From NCBI GenBank assembly GCA_964016885.1, contig OZ024758.1, positions 13,206,001 through 13,270,000 of the forward strand: 64,000 nucleotides of DNA, written 5' to 3'. The notes under the pieces were generated by a model that saw nothing but the letters and a program-made list of their open reading frames with translations, ran no database searches and was not told where the DNA came from. Positions 61,001 through 64,000 of this stretch are shown one piece after another. The stretch comes from Eledone cirrhosa. Its lineage: Eukaryota. Position 1 is the stretch's first letter. Every line of letters starts with the position of its first letter. A program made the translations under genes and the position numbers.

Positions 61001-64000
61001 ATGTCATTGACGTTACTGCTCCAGTATGTCATTGACGTTACTGCTCCAGTATGTCATTGACGTTACTGCTCAGTATGTCATTGACGTTACTGCTCCAGTA
61101 TGTCATTGACGTTACTGCTCCAGTATGTCATTGACGTTACTGCTACAGTATGTCATTGACGTTACTGCTCCAGTATGTCATTGACGTTACTGCTCCAGTA
61201 TGTCATTGACGTTACTGCTCCAGTATGTCATTGACGTTACTGCTCCACTATGTCATTGACGTTACTGCTCCAGTATGTCATTGACGTTACTGCTCCAGTA
61301 TGTCATTGACGTTACTGCTCCAGTATGTCATTGACGTTACTGCTCCAGTATGTCATTGACGTTACTGCTCCAGTATGTCATTGACGTTACTGCTCCAGTA
61401 TGTCATTGACGTTACTGCTACAGTATGTCATTGACGTTACTGCTCCAGTATGTCATTGACGTTACTGCTCCAGTATGTCATTGACGTTACTGCTCCAGTA
61501 TGTCATTGACGTTACTGCTCCAGTATGTCATTGACGTTACTGCTCCAGTATGTCATTGACGTTACTGCTCCAGTATGTCATTGACGTTACTGCTCCAGTA
61601 TGTCATTGACGTTACTGCTCCAGTATGTCATTGACGTTACTGCTCCAGTATGTCATTGACGTTACTGCTCAGTATGTCATTGACGTTACTGCTCCAGTAT
61701 GTCATTGACGTTACTGCTACAGTATGTCATTGACGTTACTGCTCCAGTATGTCATTGACGTTACTTGCTACAGTATGTCATTGACGTTACTGCTCCAGTA
61801 TGTCATTGACGTTACTGCTCAGTATGTCATTGACGTTACTGCTCCAGTATGTCATTGACGTTACTGCTCCAGTATGTCATTGACGTTACTGCTCCAGTAT
61901 GTCATTGACGTTACTGCTCCAGTATGTCATTGACGTTACTGCTCCAGTATGTCATTGACGTTACTGCTCCAGTATGTCATTGACGTTACTGCTCCAGTAT
62001 GTCATTGACGTTACTGCTCCAGTATGTCATTGACGTTACTGCTCCAGTATGTCATTGACGTTACTGCTCCAGTATGTCATTGACGTTACTGCTCGAGTAT
62101 GTCATTGACGTTACTGCTCCAGTATGTCATTGACGTTACTGCTCCAGTATGTCATTGACGTTACTGCTCCAGTATGTCATTGACGTTACTGCTCCAGTAT
62201 GTCATTGACGTTACTGCTCCAGTATGTCATTGACGTTACTGCTCCAGTATGTCATTGACGTTACTGCTCCAGTATGTCATTGACGTTACTGCTCCAGTAT
62301 GTCATTGACGTTACTGCTACAGTATGTCATTGACGTTACTGCTCCAGTATGTCATTGACGTTACTGCTCCAGTATGTCATTGACGTTACTGCTCCAGTAT
62401 GTCATTGACGTTACTGCTCAGTATGTCATTGACGTTACTGCTCCAGTATGTCATTGACGTTACTGCTCCAGTATGTCATTGACGTTACTGCTCCAGTATG
62501 TCATTGACGTTACTGCTACAGTATGTCATTGACGTTACTGCTCCAGTATGTCATTGACGTTACTGCTCCAGTATGTCATTGACGTTACTGCTCCAGTATG
62601 TCATTGACGTTACTGCTCCAGTATGTCATTGACGTTACTGCTCCAGTATGTCATTGACGTTACTGCTCCAGTATGTCATTGACGTTACTGCTCGAGTATG
62701 TCATTGACGTTACTGCTCCAGTATGTCATTGACGTTACTGCTCCAGTATGTCATTGACGTTACTGCTCGAGTATGTCATTGACGTTACTGCTCCAGTATG
62801 TCATTGACGTTACTGCTCGAGTATGTCATTGACGTTACTGCTCCAGTATGTCATTGACGTTACTGCTCGAGTATGTCATTGACGTTACTGCTACAGTATG
62901 TCATTGACGTTACTGCTCGAGTATGTCATTGACGTTACTGCTCCAGTATGTCATTGACGTTACTGCTACAGTATGTCATTGACGTTACTGCTACAGTATG
63001 TCATTGACGTTACTGCTCAGTATGTCATTGACGTTACTGCTCCAGTATGTCATTGACGTTACTGCTCGAGTATGTCATTGACGTTACTGCTCCAGTATGT
63101 CATTGACGTTACTGCTCCAGTATGTCATTGACGTTACTGCTACAGTATGTCATTGACGTTACTGCTCCAGTATGTCATTGACGTTACTGCTCGAGTATGT
63201 CATTGACGTTACTGCTCCAGTATGTCATTGACGTTACTGCTCCAGTATGTCATTGACGTTACTGCTCCAGTATGTCATTGACGTTACTGCTCCAGTATGT
63301 CATTGACGTTACTGCTCCAGTATGTCATTGACGTTACTGCTACGAGTATGTCATTGACGTTACTGCTCAGTATGTCATTGACGTTACTGCTACAGTATGT
63401 CATTGACGTTACTGCTCCAGTATGTCATTGACGTTACTGCTCCAGTATGTCATTGACGTTACTGCTCGAGTATGTCATTGACGTTACTGCTCCAGTATGT
63501 CATTGACGTTACTGCTACAGTATGTCATTGACGTTACTGCTCCAGTATGTCATTGACGTTACTGCTCCAGTATGTCATTGACGTTACTGCTCGAGTATGT
63601 CATTGACGTTACTGCTCCAGTATGTCATTTGACGTTACTGCTACAGTATGTCATTGACGTTACTGCTACAGTATGTCATTGACGTTACTGCTCCAGTATG
63701 TCATTGACGTTACTGCTCGAGTATGTCATTGACGTTACTGCTCGAGTATGTCATTGACGTTACTGCTCGAGTATGTCATTGACGTTACTGCTACAGTATG
63801 TCATTGACGTTACTGCTCCAGTATGTCATTGACGTTACTGCTCCGAGTATGTCATTGACGTTACTGCTCGAGTATGTCATTGACGTTACTGCTACAGTAT
63901 GTCATTGACGTTACTGCTCCAGTATGTCATTGACGTTACTGCTCAGTATGTCATTGACGTTACTGCTCCAGTATGTCATTGACGTTACTGCTCGAGTATG
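55042..64000. repeat. 25-bp satellite array (~358 monomers, runs off the window end)
   Basis: Monomer TGCTCCAGTATGTCATTGACGTTAC, with variants CTCGAG, CTACAG, CTGGAG, CTCCAC, TTACAG and GTTAT. Confidence 0.99.

Noticed and set aside
55042-64000. CRISPR-like array
   Set aside because: Head-to-tail 25-bp monomers with no unique spacers, no cas genes and a eukaryotic context.

Overview
AT-rich, repeat-dense animal genomic DNA. The (TA)n tracts and SINE families suggest an octopus or other coleoid cephalopod (inference). Genes reconstructed by hand from splice signals: (1) a 3-exon, 128-aa RGS-domain-only gene on the minus strand (3526->586); (2) an intron-containing KIF22/Kid-like kinesin pseudogene on the plus strand (12687-17710) with a premature TGA, altered motor motifs, missing internal exons and a rearranged 3' end; (3) an intact 2-exon, 501-aa two-pore-domain (K2P) potassium channel on the minus strand (39527->36349). 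The rest comprises two tRNA-derived SINE families, RTE, CR1-like and CRE-like LINE remnants, piggyBac- and Tc1/mariner-type MITEs, a 4.2-kb mosaic segmental duplication, large trinucleotide arrays, and a 25-bp satellite with higher-order structure from 55042 to the window end. The most notable hidden signal is a set of short cassettes embedded in (TA)n, several of them palindromic, carrying type-I hammerhead ribozyme motifs of the Penelope-like/retrozyme kind. Five have an intact core and several more are decayed. All calls were made by eye, with no database searches or folding programs.
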